Positions 49,301 through 59,218 of a DNA stretch of 59,218 nt are shown in pieces. The notes below the pieces were generated by a model. It searched no databases, was not told where the DNA came from, and saw only the letters and a list, made by a program, of their open reading frames with translations. Location of the stretch: positions 165,003 through 224,220 of the forward strand of contig WELA01002483.1 in the NCBI GenBank assembly GCA_009602735.1, in the 5' to 3' direction. Origin of the DNA: Mesotaenium endlicherianum (taxonomy: Eukaryota). The translations under genes and the position numbers were made by a program. Positions within the stretch are counted from its first letter, which is position 1, and every line of letters begins with the position of its first letter.

Positions 49301-51440
49301 TGGCAGAGCGTACGAGTAAGAGTTGCTGGAAGTTGACTAAACACTGCCACACATCGCGCGTTGCACCAATCGTTCGGCAAGCTGAGCTAGTATACTCTCA
49401 TCCTGCAAGTCTCCTCACACCCCTGTTGACGAGTCCGTTGGCAAGGGCACCTGAGAGCATCCTGGAGCGCTGATGCGGGCCATCTGTGGCTGTCAGTCCC
49501 TCGCACTGCGCATGCAGCCTCTCATGCTTGGAGCCCGGTCATACAGATGCACTCGGGGCCTCTATAAGATAGTTATATGTTTTGTGTCTCAAGTTGGAGT
49601 GGGGGAATCTTAGACGACAGACTGCAAGTACTCAAGTACTCAGGGTCTCTTGTTGGGCAAGGTTTATGCGGTAGGAGCTGCTGGGCATTTACAGGGAGGT
49701 GAGTGCGCTGAGGCGGCATATTCCTGGGGGTATGCTTCCTCTCAGCTTCGCCTTGCTCAATTGCCTGCAAAACACGCATGACCCCAAAGACACCAGGCCC
49801 CATCAGACGCCCCTCTCCCTAACAAATACGCATGTCAACACACGCTCAAGTGCTTGCAAACGGGCGCGCGCACATACGCGCCCACACAGATACACACAGA
49901 CACACACACGCGCTACATCATTTGGATGCACACGCGTGGCCTTGACCAAGAAAGCCATGCGTGTGTTTGTAGGCACAGACGCGCCTACACATGGTGCTTA
50001 TGGTCTTGTATGTCCACAGTCTGGAGTGCCGCAACTTCTCGTGTGCGAGATACACCCCCTCTGGTCCACATTCAGAGCCCTTCTGCGAGCTACCCTACTG
50101 CACTAGAGAACAGGCTATGCTTCTTGCGTGGGCGGATACAGCCTCGATGAAATCATAGGGGAACTGTGAGGCAAGGAGTCATGTCAACGCAAAGCTCGAA
50201 ATGTGAACAATCGAACAATGGCCTGCCTCGTGCGAGGCGCTCTGAGGCATAACATCTAGGGTTCACAGAAGATGTCCGACCCCCTCCTATGATGTGTGTG
50301 ATGTTTTGCTTGAGAGGGAAGGGACAGCTCTAGGGAGAGGACTGCCAGTGAAAGTGACGGTTAGTCTCTGAGTGCGAAATGGGATGCAGCAGCATGTCCA
50401 CCCCTCACGCTAAAGTGTTTAATGGTGAGTGTAAGCGGCACGTCCAAACTCACAGCAGCGTCAGGCTGCGCAGGAACTCGATGGCGGGGGAGATGGTCCC
50501 GCGCAGTCCTTGGCCCACCACATCGCTGCCCCCAATGCATCGTGCACGCAGTGTCATCATTGAGTGAGAATGATTAAGAAATTTTGAGAAGGCATCAAGA
50601 TTCAGGTGCAGGGGGCGTCAGACATGTCCAAGCACCAGATGCATGTTGCTGTCAGGTAAAGGAGTGGGAGAAAGCTCAGAAAGTTTGACGCTTCTTCGGG
50701 CACATGCCCACACATACATGGTGACAACATGACCGGCCTTGTTGCAGCGAACACCGGAGTACTTGCCGCAGTAAGCTCCCTTCCATGTGACAGTTGGCCC
50801 TGAGTTGTTGAAGTCATGCCGCAAGCGCTGTAGCGCAGCCACTGACATCCCAAGGAAAACAAATATTTCAGGCTCAGTTGTAGAAATGTATGGTATGCTT
50901 CTACATGATTTCAATACATATATATATACATATATACATATATATGTATATATGTATATAAATATATATTTATAAATGCATACATTGACCTGATGCATGC
51001 CCACAAACACATGACTACCCTATGAAGCTGGAGAGCTAGGGGCTTCATGGCTAACTCTTCATTCAACAACAAGATGGTGAAATATTCAACTCCCTCAAGT
51101 GTTCGGCTTCACAAGTGCACTTCTTTCACCTACTGAGAAACGAGGTCATTAAACACTGTCGCTAACGAATTAATTTCAGTACCTAGTCGCGACTTTTTCT
51201 TTCACAAAAGCACAATACAGCTGACTCGGGGACTGACAAACCTAAAAGCAGCTATTGCAGGGAGCTGCCAGTGTGAGTTTGCGGTTCCACCCAAAGTGAC
51301 CGAACAATACTACTCAGAGGAAGTGGTGCTATCAAAGAGAGTGGGTCTGAAAACGCACGGTCGGTTTTGTGAAGCAAAACAGCAGAAGCATATGCCACGT
51401 GGAAAATTAGCAGAAGAACTGCTGAAAATGGTTGCACCAT
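38842..51440 (-). CDS. Secreted mosaic protein, copy B (~909 aa), tandem paralog of copy A with the same architecture. 19 exons (5'->3'): 51359-51440, 50718-50841, 50454-50525, 49693-49764, 49128-49199, 47924-47995, 47580-47651, 46526-46881, 45636-45869, 44730-44971, 43737-43877, 43395-43611, 43107-43241, 42504-42644, 41933-42042, 41339-41437, 40912-41010, 39820-40014, 38842-39036
   Basis: Signal peptide MVQPFSAVLLLIFHVAYASA. Exon sizes are identical to copy A except exon 9 (+9 nt) and the last exon (-15 nt). C1A motifs VKDQLRC|GASWAFA, DHAVLLVGY, IIRNSWG. No in-frame stops found (2730 nt). Confidence 0.9.
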
Positions 51441-52122
51441 GGTAAATAACTCTTCAGCCACCCCACATATAGAACAGAGCAGATGCAACTATATCAATGC
51501 CTGGCGCGAGGTGAAAAGCTTGTTACTAGATGTGAAGGTCAAGTCCAATGCTTTCTCATGCTCGCATCTAAGACCTTACTTCAAACTTCAAAGGCTTGTG
51601 CTACACGAATGTAATGTATGTATTTCGTCTGCATCATCAGAGCACGTCGCGGAAATCCTATGTCGGCCATGTCTTGCTATGAACAAGCCTTGGAAGTAGG
51701 CACTGAGCCCAAGACTGAGCCGATCAACACGTCACTGAGGCATGCTCACAATACGACGCATTTTTACAACCGTGAACGTCATTTGAAGTGAATTGAAGCG
51801 AGCACATGAAACTCGCATCGAACTGTATGGAACGGCAGAGAACTCGATACTGTCCCATGTGAACATACACAGGAACTGTAAGAAACAAGCCCTTCTAGAA
51901 GTCAAGAACGATAATGAGATCTTGACTTCTCTCGACCAGCTGTGACCTGTCGTCACGACTCACGAGAAGTCAAGGCGCACGAGACTCGAGTGTAATTCAC
52001 ACAAATCACCTGCCTCTGCCAAATTTCACCGACCAGCACCGACTCAGTCGGTGGGGTATGCCTCATTTTAGATAGTTGATTCCAGTTGATTTACTTCCTT
52101 TTGTCTTCTAAAGGTTAATTCT

Positions 52123-52364
52123 TGTCGTGCCTAAAAGCGTCGAACCTCTGGCACGTGTCTGGCTTTCGAGCACGTGTGATTTCGTCCTGGTTGATGAGTC
52201 AATGGTCCTTCTCACGTGTGGTCTTTCCTTGGTCGACCAATTGGTGCGTCTCGGCACGTGGGAGATTTCCCTGGTCAGTCGCCTTTGGCACGTGTGTCGG
52301 TGCGGACCTGCCCATGGGTGACACAATGTCGGACCGAATTGACGTCCACATACATGCATCGACA
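52123..52364. mobile_element. Possible solo LTR / small insertion (242 bp) containing five CACGTG boxes
   Basis: Bounded by inverted TGTCG...CGACA and directly abuts the decayed pol. Flanks ATTCT and TTACT match at only 3/5, so no clean TSD. Confidence 0.35.
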
Positions 52365-52379
52365 TTACTAGAATATTCT

Positions 52380-53890
52380 ATCTTCCCCAGTAAATCACCT
52401 TATGGCGCACCAACCTCTTTGTTAAGAAAAGGGATGGGAGTATGCGGATGTGCGTAGATTACATGGCTCTTGACAAAATCACAATAAAGAACAACTATGC
52501 TTTACCCAGAACTGAGGACTTGCTTGATACCCTGTCTGGTGCTAAAGTGTTCAGTAAGATAGATCTGAAGAGTGGTTACCATCAAATCAGAATTGCTGAG
52601 GGGGATGAACACAAGACAGCCTTCCGCACACATTATGAACACTATGAGTTCAACGTGATGCCATTTGGACTGCCTAATGCTCCTGCAACCTTCATGGGTG
52701 CTATGAACAACATTTTCAGATCTTCCTTGGATAAGTTTGTGCAAGTTTTCCTGTATGATATTTTAATTTTCTCTAAAGGTGAAGCTCAGCAGCTGAACAT
52801 TTAAAGACAGTAATGGACATTCTGAGAAGAAACCAGTTGTATGCTAAAATGAGCAAGTGCGACTTCTTCAAAGAAAGTAATGAATTTTTAGGCCAATTTG
52901 TTGCAGCCTTCTGACAAAATCCCAAAGGTTGGTAAGATAAAGCAGGAGTGGCATCCTGTGTTGTATGAGTCTATGAAATTTAATCCAGCGGAGATTAATT
53001 ATTCAGTGCATGATAAAGAGCTGCTAGCTATCATTCATGTGCTCAAACAGTGGAGAGCATACTTACATGGTAAAGCTTTTAAGGTAATTACAAATCATCT
53101 AGCTCTGACTCACTTTCAGAAAAAGTCCAAGCTGTTAAGGAGGGAGAACCGCTGGAGCCAGATGCTGGAGCAGTTTCAAGTCCAGATCGACTACAAACCA
53201 GGGAAGTTGAATCCTGCTGATACACTCTCTAGAAGACCTGACTTGCAAGAAAGGAACTTTAGTCAGCATGCTGTAGATAAAGTCCTTTGCGCACTCACTT
53301 CACTAAAGGTGAAAAAGTCCTTCCTTGAACAACTTAGGAAAGCCTACCTTTCTGACCCAACATATGAGCCCAACTCCACTAATGGTGTGTGTCTTGCTAC
53401 TGCACTTGGGTATAAGCTTAAGGGAGGGGTCTGGGTAACTGAAACCACTTCAGGCAGACTGAAGCTGGTCATTCCTAATAACTTGGAAATAAGGTCCCTT
53501 TAGTGAGTCAAGCACATGACAGTCTATTGGGTGGGCATTTGGGGCAGGCCAAAACTGTTGGCAAACTGGCAAAGCGTTATCATTGGGAGGGATTACCTCG
53601 GGAGGTCTTGAATTATGTTAAGTCCTGTGACCAGTGTCAAAGGAATAAGTCAAGGCACACACCACCGGGGGGCCTCTTACAACCGCTGCCCATCCCAGCT
53701 GGCCGCTGGGAAACAATATCAATGGACTGGGTGGTCACACTGCCACGAGTTGCCAATAGGCATGATTCGATATTGGTAGTCGTGAATAAATTAACAAAAA
53801 TGATCATTTTCTTCCCCACAATTGTCAAAGTAACTGCACTCGAAACAGTGAGCCAGTTCTACAGCCATGTAGTACGCCAACATAGGCTAC
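52380..53890 (+). pseudogene. Decayed Ty3/gypsy pol fragment (RT - RNase H - integrase N-part), same family as the minus-strand element
   Basis: Motifs [50 protein letters not shown]...GHLG...CDQCQRNK. Defects: catalytic FLDD changed to FLYD, frameshifts/stop near 52800 and 53500, ~325-bp deletion at ~52895 relative to 58589-58914, truncation at 53890 by an LTR. Confidence 0.9.
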
Positions 53891-54606
53891 TGAAATGAAT
53901 CGACTTACCAAATAAGCGATTAATAATTAAATAAAGATCTTTATATCAGCAAGTAATCTTGATGGCAATTTCCGTTAACTGGTTAAACGGCAAAGGACAA
54001 TACACTAGCAGTATACTCATAAGTCAAATGCGAGTAAACTAGCATCAATAATGCAAATCAGTAAACTCATACATAAGCAAGGTTAGAAGACAATGCGTAT
54101 CAATGGCTTCTCGCCTTGGATTCAGATCACTCTCAGTAAGCTGTACAAGAGAGTTGGCCTCGTTTTCGAATGCCGAACTCGAGAGCAATGCCTAGCATAT
54201 GTACATGGAATGAGTTTACTGTTCAACGGTCAGTGCGATGGCACCGCCTACCCGGGAGTTAACCACGTTGGTAGGACCTCGGTTAACCAAATCCACCGCC
54301 ATCTCCCATCATCCCGAATAGCCATCCATCATGGGGATGTCATCTGGCCATTCATCTAGCATGTCGTACTTAGATGCATATCAAGGCAGTACGCTGCTAC
54401 CGAGCACGGAAGTCAGCTGGCTGTCAAAGAATGTGTCAGCAAGCTGACTTAAGTTTACTTCAGCCTGCTGCTTTCGGCCGAGTCATTAAATTGATAATTA
54501 TGTAAAGTCCAGCAGACTGACTATTCACTAAAGTTTAGCAGGCTGAACTTAATTAACTATTAGATTTAAATGAATATTATATCCACTAATATACTGATTC
54601 ATTACA
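53891..54606 (-). repeat. 3' LTR (716 bp)
   Basis: Minus-strand start TGTAATGAATC right after the PPT. The other end reads TGAAATGAATC on + (11-bp terminal inverted repeat, 1 mismatch) exactly where the old pol homology stops. The partner LTR is outside the window. Confidence 0.8.
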
Positions 54607-54621
54607 ATCCCTCCAACTTAA
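54607..54621 (-). other. Polypurine tract (TTAAGTTGGAGGGAT) preceded by an 8-bp hairpin (54624-54642)
   Basis: Purine-rich tract immediately 5' of the LTR TG on the minus strand; hairpin TGTTGTCG-cct-CGACAACA. Confidence 0.7.
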
Positions 54622-54719
54622 CTTGTTGTCGCCTCGACAACATTAAACTGCAAAAGCTTTAAATAAAGAAACTGACCCTGACCAGCCTCCCTTACTGACT
54701 ATCTTTTCAGCCTGTCACC

Positions 54720-56396
54720 TTAAGGGGTGGTTCCTGGGGCTTCAGGATCAGGGGACGGAGATCTGGACCTAGATCTGGACAGCCCTCTAGGTCTGTCAGC
54801 TGGCCTTCTAAAGAACCCTGTTTGCTCTAAAGTTGGCCCTCGGGGAGAACGGAGGATGGTGGCCTGCTCTTCAACTATTTGGGTGTTGATTCCCACATAG
54901 ACAGGCATTCCAGTAGGATGCTGAAATACATTGGCTAGAGGTACATGCCCCTGAGCGGAGGGGGAGGCTGGCATACCTCTGGCCCACCCGCGTGTCCCTC
55001 TTCTGGCACCCCTGTCCTCTGGGGATTTCTGTCTGTGTCTGCTGCCCAGTACAGTCAGATCAGCTTCTTCCCCTGCTTGGGCAGGTGGGCTGGGGGAGCG
55101 AGCGCGGGGTCCAGTTGTCGCCATAACGGGGATCACATTCCACACACCTGATCGTGGTTCTTTAGGAAGTGCCACTGCCTGTCCCTGGGTATCCTGAGTA
55201 CCTGCTGCTGATGCTTCTCCTCTGCCTTGTTCTTCTTCCTCATCCTCCTCATCCTCCTCCTCGGAGAGAGTAGGGGTCTCGTCCACTAAGTCGTCCTGCT
55301 CCCTAGTAGACATGGAGTAGTCTACCGACCTCCCTTTCTTAGGGCGCGCTGGAGGTTGCTTGGCCTTCAGCCTACTGATATCTATCCGGCCTGCATTCTT
55401 TGCCCATTTGACAAAGGCATGCTTTCCCTTAGAGAAGTAGTCTCTTCCCCTCCTCCTATGTTCCTTGGTCTCTGCATTCATATTGCTCAGGCATCCATTC
55501 AGCCTGGGGTCCCAAGGGGCAATGTGAGGTGGTAGGATGAGATAGCCGTCTAGGCCATAGTGGAAGTCATCCGGTTGGGCTCGGTCACACTCCTGCTTCT
55601 TATTTGTGACGGTCATCCACCTCCAGTCTGTTGGCTGCTGGTAGTACTGGGGTCCGTGCTCAGCCTTCCTCAGTTTACACGGGAACCAGTGGGGAGAGAA
55701 CATCTGCTGTCCTGCTTCCCTGGCCAAGTACTCCCAGCTCCTTCTCTCAACTTCATTGTAAGCTGGCAGGAGTGTGAGGTAGAATACCGTATCCTTAAAG
55801 CTATCGGGCCGCATGCTCACCATCCGGATGAGTCTCTGATCTCCCACTATTCCCGGTATGGGGACCGGCTTGTCCTCTGAATCATCTGCGAGATACCGGG
55901 CCTGCTCTGCTGTATAGCCCACCATCTTAGCATAATCTTCGTAAAGGACCACGCCGGTGTGTGTCTCGATGTACCTGTCCAGTGCTGTAGCTCCTTCCTT
56001 CTGTAGCAGTGTTGTCTGTTCCAGCCTGTTGATCTCCTGGGCTGCCAGCAATGCTTCCTTCAGGTTATCGAAGTTTTGGCCACCCACCACAGTATACCTG
56101 TAAGTGGCCAAGCTCTTCTGTCTGTCCGCTTCAATCTTTTTTCTTTTCTCCTCTTCTGCCGCTGCCGCTTCTTCTTGCTGTTTCTTCTGTCTCTCCTCCT
56201 CAGCCTTCCTGAGGTTTTCCGCTTCCTGATCCTTCTTCCTCTGTGCCTCTTCTGCCGCCTCTTGTTGTTTGCGGACCCTTTCTTGTTCTCTCCTGGTGAG
56301 GGACGTCGCCGCCAGCTCCTTCTGGTATTGCTCCATTGTCCTCCTGGCTTCTTCTGCCTTGCGCTTTCTGTCCTCCTTTTGTGTGGTGGGCGCCAT
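54720..56396 (-). CDS. Retrotransposon extra ORF, 558 aa from ATG 56396, unknown function (coiled-coil N-terminus, aromatic-rich core, acidic/RS-rich disordered tail)
   Basis: Uninterrupted 1.68-kb ORF between the pol stop and the PPT, co-oriented with pol; no signal peptide or TM segment visible. Confidence 0.8.
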   Translation of the reverse strand: MAPTTQKEDRKRKAEEARRTMEQYQKELAATSLTRREQERVRKQQEAAEEAQRKKDQEAENLRKAEEERQKKQQEEAAAAEEEKRKKIEADRQKSLATYRYTVVGGQNFDNLKEALLAAQEINRLEQTTLLQKEGATALDRYIETHTGVVLYEDYAKMVGYTAEQARYLADDSEDKPVPIPGIVGDQRLIRMVSMRPDSFKDTVFYLTLLPAYNEVERRSWEYLAREAGQQMFSPHWFPCKLRKAEHGPQYYQQPTDWRWMTVTNKKQECDRAQPDDFHYGLDGYLILPPHIAPWDPRLNGCLSNMNAETKEHRRRGRDYFSKGKHAFVKWAKNAGRIDISRLKAKQPPARPKKGRSVDYSMSTREQDDLVDETPTLSEEEDEEDEEEEQGRGEASAAGTQDTQGQAVALPKEPRSGVWNVIPVMATTGPRARSPSPPAQAGEEADLTVLGSRHRQKSPEDRGARRGTRGWARGMPASPSAQGHVPLANVFQHPTGMPVYVGINTQIVEEQATILRSPRGPTLEQTGFFRRPADRPRGLSRSRSRSPSPDPEAPGTTP

Positions 56397-56663
56397 CCTG
56401 CACATGTAACCAGGGCACAAGTTAGTAGGATATGGACCTTTGTCATAGGGATTGCAGGAAGTATGTTAGTATTTAGTATAGTGGCTTCGCTGCTGTTTAC
56501 CTTACAGGATGATTGCTAAAAGTTGACGTAGTTGCGATGCGCTACACATAAACGTATGAGTGTGTTTTTATCGCTCTCGCTCACTAACTGTCATATATTT
56601 TCCCCTCCAACTTAAATGGAGACAGGACCGCCTGTCACCTTCCCGTGTCAACTGAAATGACAG

Positions 56664-59218
56664 TTATGGAGGGACGCTAGCGGCCCAAAGGTGGAACCGT
56701 GTCAACGCCCCTTTGGCATTGGGCAAGTGGTCCTTAAACTCCCAAGTGTCCCCAGAGGCATCGTAACCCTTCCATCGAATGAGGTATTTCATGACATATT
56801 TAGACGATCGACGGACCGAGCGAGCGTCTAAAATCTCATCGACCTCATATTCCTCAGGGTCGCCGTCCCGGACAGCGGGGACCGGTCCCGGTTGGACAGG
56901 GAACCGACCTGTGAACAGTGTATCACCTTTGATGTACGGTTCCAGGAAGGAGACATTAAAGACCGGGTGCCCCTTGTATTCAGCTGACATGTTCAGTTTG
57001 TAAGCATTCTGACCGACACGACGGACCACCGAATATGGACCGACCCAGACAGGGCCAAGCTTTTTCTTGACCACACCAGGGAGGTACAGGTGCTGAGAAT
57101 GCAGTTTGACTAAATCCCCCTTGGAAAATGTCAGTTCCCGACGGTGTTGATTAGCGTATTTTTGTTGGTTTTCTTGGGCCGTGTGCAAGTTTCGTTGGAC
57201 TTCTGACAGGGTGTCAGCAAACTCCTGAGTTAACTGGAGGGAGACCGGGTTGTCAATCCCTTCAGGGTGAGTTAAAGATTCCCCTAGCACATCTAGAGGA
57301 GACTTAGGGACTCTACCCAGGCTGAGTTCAAAAGGAGTTTTGCCCGTTGACGCGTGCACCGCACTGTTGACCGCAAACTGAATTTGAGGCAACAGGTCAT
57401 CCCAATTATCTTGTTTTTGGTTAATATATGCTCTCAGCACCTCCTGCAGAACTCGGTTAGTTCTTTCAGTCTGCCCATCAGTCTGAGGGTGGTTTGCTGT
57501 GCTGAGCAGCTGTTTGACTCCCATTAACCCCATTAAAGCTCTCCAGAACTTAGAGGTGAATTTTGAGTCTCTGTCTGAGATGATATTAGAAGGGAGCCCA
57601 TGTTGGCATACTACATGGTTGTAAAACTGTCTCGCTGTTTCGAGTGCAGTCACTTTGACAGTTGTGGGGATAAAAATGACCATTTTTGTCAGTTTATCCA
57701 CGACTACCAGTATTGAATCATGCCCGTTGGCAGTTCTTGGTAGTGAGACCACCCAGTCCATGGATATAGTTTCCCAGCGTCCCGCTGGGATGGGTAGCGG
57801 TTGCAAGAGACCTCCGGGTGGTGTGTGCCGAGACTTATTTCTCTGACACTGGTCACAGGACTTGACATATTTCAAGACCTCCCGGGGTAACCCCTCCCAA
57901 TGATAATGTTTTGCCAGTTTGCCAACAGTTTTGGCCTGCCCCAAATGTCCACCCAGGAGACTGTCATAAGCTTGACTCAGTAAGAGAGACCTTATTTCCA
58001 AATTATCAGGAATGACCAGCTTCAGCCTGCCTGAAGTGGTTTCAGTCACCCAGACCACTCCCTTGAGCTTATACCCGAGTGCGGTAGCACGACACATACC
58101 AGTAGTGGGACTGGGCTCAAATGTTGGGTCAGAAAGGTAGGCTTTCCTAAGTTGCTCAAGGAAGGACTTTTTCACCTTTAGTGAAGTGAGTGCACACAGG
58201 ACTTTATCTACAGCATGCTGACTAAAGTTCCTTTCTTGCAAGTCAGGTCTTCTAGAGAGTGCATCAGCAGGATTCAACTTCCCTGGTTTGTAGTCGATCT
58301 GGACTTGGAACTGCTCCAGCATCTGGCTCCAGCGGTTCTCCCTCCTCGACAGCTTGGACTTCTTCTGAAAGTGGGTCAGAGCTAGATGATCTGTAATCAC
58401 CTTAAAAGCTTTACCATGTAAGTATGCTCTCCACTGTTTGAGTACATGAATGATAGCTAGCAGCTCTTTATCATGCACTGAGTAATTAATCTCCGCTGGA
58501 TTAAATTTCATAGACTCATACAACACAGGATGCCACTCCTGCCGTACCTTACCATCCTTTGTGGTTTTGTCAGCAGGCTGCAACAAAATAGCACCCATGG
58601 CAAAATCAGAGGCATCAGTAACCACCTGCACCGGTTTGCTGGGGTCATACACGGCTAGCACTGGGGCAGAACAAAGGGCATCTTTAAGGGTCTGGAAGGC
58701 AGCCTGCTGCTCTTCCCCCCACACATACCCGATGTCTTTCTTAGTAAGGTCAGTCAGTTTACTGGCCTTTGTGGAATAATTCTCAATAAATCTCCAATAG
58801 TAGTTAGCCAACCCGAGGAAGGATCTAACTTCAGAGACGGACTGTGGTACTAGCCAGTCCCTTATGGTCTGGACTTTCTTAGGATCCATACTGATGCCCT
58901 CCTTACTGACTACGTGGCCTAAGAATTCAATACTTATCTTAAAGAAATCACACTTGCTCATTTTAGCAAATAAGTTATTTTTCTGTAGAGTGTCCAGGAC
59001 TGTTTTTAAGTGTTCAGTGTGCTGAGCTTCATCTTTAGAGAAAATTAAAATATCATCCAGGAAAACTTGCACAAACTTATCCAAATAAGATCTGAAAATG
59101 TCATTCATAGCCCCCATGAAGGTAGCAGGAGCATTAGTCATTCCAAATGGCATCACGTTGAACTCATAGTGTCCATAACGTGTGCGGAAAGCAGTCTTGT
59201 GTTCATCCCCCTCAGCAA
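56664..59218 (-). CDS. pol: Pol polyprotein (5'-truncated by window): RT, RNase H, integrase, chromodomain
   Basis: [55 protein letters not shown] (DDE), GPY module ([17 protein letters not shown]), chromodomain [19 protein letters not shown]. Confidence 0.97.
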   Translation of the reverse strand, partial: AEGDEHKTAFRTRYGHYEFNVMPFGMTNAPATFMGAMNDIFRSYLDKFVQVFLDDILIFSKDEAQHTEHLKTVLDTLQKNNLFAKMSKCDFFKISIEFLGHVVSKEGISMDPKKVQTIRDWLVPQSVSEVRSFLGLANYYWRFIENYSTKASKLTDLTKKDIGYVWGEEQQAAFQTLKDALCSAPVLAVYDPSKPVQVVTDASDFAMGAILLQPADKTTKDGKVRQEWHPVLYESMKFNPAEINYSVHDKELLAIIHVLKQWRAYLHGKAFKVITDHLALTHFQKKSKLSRRENRWSQMLEQFQVQIDYKPGKLNPADALSRRPDLQERNFSQHAVDKVLCALTSLKVKKSFLEQLRKAYLSDPTFEPSPTTGMCRATALGYKLKGVVWVTETTSGRLKLVIPDNLEIRSLLLSQAYDSLLGGHLGQAKTVGKLAKHYHWEGLPREVLKYVKSCDQCQRNKSRHTPPGGLLQPLPIPAGRWETISMDWVVSLPRTANGHDSILVVVDKLTKMVIFIPTTVKVTALETARQFYNHVVCQHGLPSNIISDRDSKFTSKFWRALMGLMGVKQLLSTANHPQTDGQTERTNRVLQEVLRAYINQKQDNWDDLLPQIQFAVNSAVHASTGKTPFELSLGRVPKSPLDVLGESLTHPEGIDNPVSLQLTQEFADTLSEVQRNLHTAQENQQKYANQHRRELTFSKGDLVKLHSQHLYLPGVVKKKLGPVWVGPYSVVRRVGQNAYKLNMSAEYKGHPVFNVSFLEPYIKGDTLFTGRFPVQPGPVPAVRDGDPEEYEVDEILDARSVRRSSKYVMKYLIRWKGYDASGDTWEFKDHLPNAKGALTRFHLWAASVPP

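Larger units (their letters stand above)
53891..59218 (-). mobile_element. Ty3/gypsy chromovirus LTR retrotransposon, 3' part (pol, extra ORF, PPT, 3' LTR); continues beyond the window
   Basis: RT-RNaseH-integrase-chromodomain order, PPT adjoining a TG...CA LTR, inserted into the older pol after GCTAC (53886-53890, candidate TSD). Confidence 0.92.

Noticed and set aside
23982..51440. Treating copies A and B as an assembly duplication or one as a pseudogene
   Set aside because: Introns are strongly diverged, exons differ by many substitutions, and both keep open frames and all splice sites.
53891..54606. Retrozyme-like hammerhead in the LTR (repeated CAGCAGGCTGA motifs)
   Set aside because: No CTGANGA core found on either strand; the motifs look like ordinary LTR subrepeats.
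54720..56420. Calling the extra ORF env or gag, and using the track's TTG start at 56420
   Set aside because: No signal/TM segments or CCHC knuckle and it lies 3' of pol; the TTG lies within a likely intron, so ATG 56396 is preferred.

Overview
Eukaryotic, intron-rich DNA with plant-type genes, GC-rich gene bodies and many microsatellites. It is most consistent with a streptophyte (charophyte-type) green alga, which is an inference. In order the window holds: (1) a poorly resolved minus-strand SWIM-zinc-finger-like gene fragment (<1.5 kb); (2) a 5-exon CHX cation/H+ exchanger (+, 3842-9030); (3) a 26-exon exocyst SEC8 gene (-, 9912-22043) with one GC-AG intron; (4) two intact tandem 19-exon paralogs (-, 23982-35998 and 38842-51440); (5) two independent hAT-type MITEs with 8-bp TSDs; (6) a decayed Ty3/gypsy pol interrupted by a younger same-family chromovirus in the opposite orientation. 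The tandem paralogs are not visible as single ORFs in the track. Each encodes a ~910-aa secreted mosaic protein: signal peptide - LRR cap + ~6 LRRs - EGF - Pro hinge - papain (C1A) domain - 2 EGF - 4 Cys-rich LysM. In both copies the papain catalytic Cys is replaced by Ser (CGASWAF) while Gln/His/Asn are kept. The chromovirus carries an unexplained 558-aa extra ORF between pol and its 3' LTR, with its own splice signals and a duplicated PPT. The most novel signals are the LRR-Ser-papain-LysM protein pair, the chromovirus extra ORF, and a C-rich-5'/G-rich-3' intron architecture. Exon models were read by eye from GT/AG boundaries, phase continuity and recalled homolog motifs; no database search was run.
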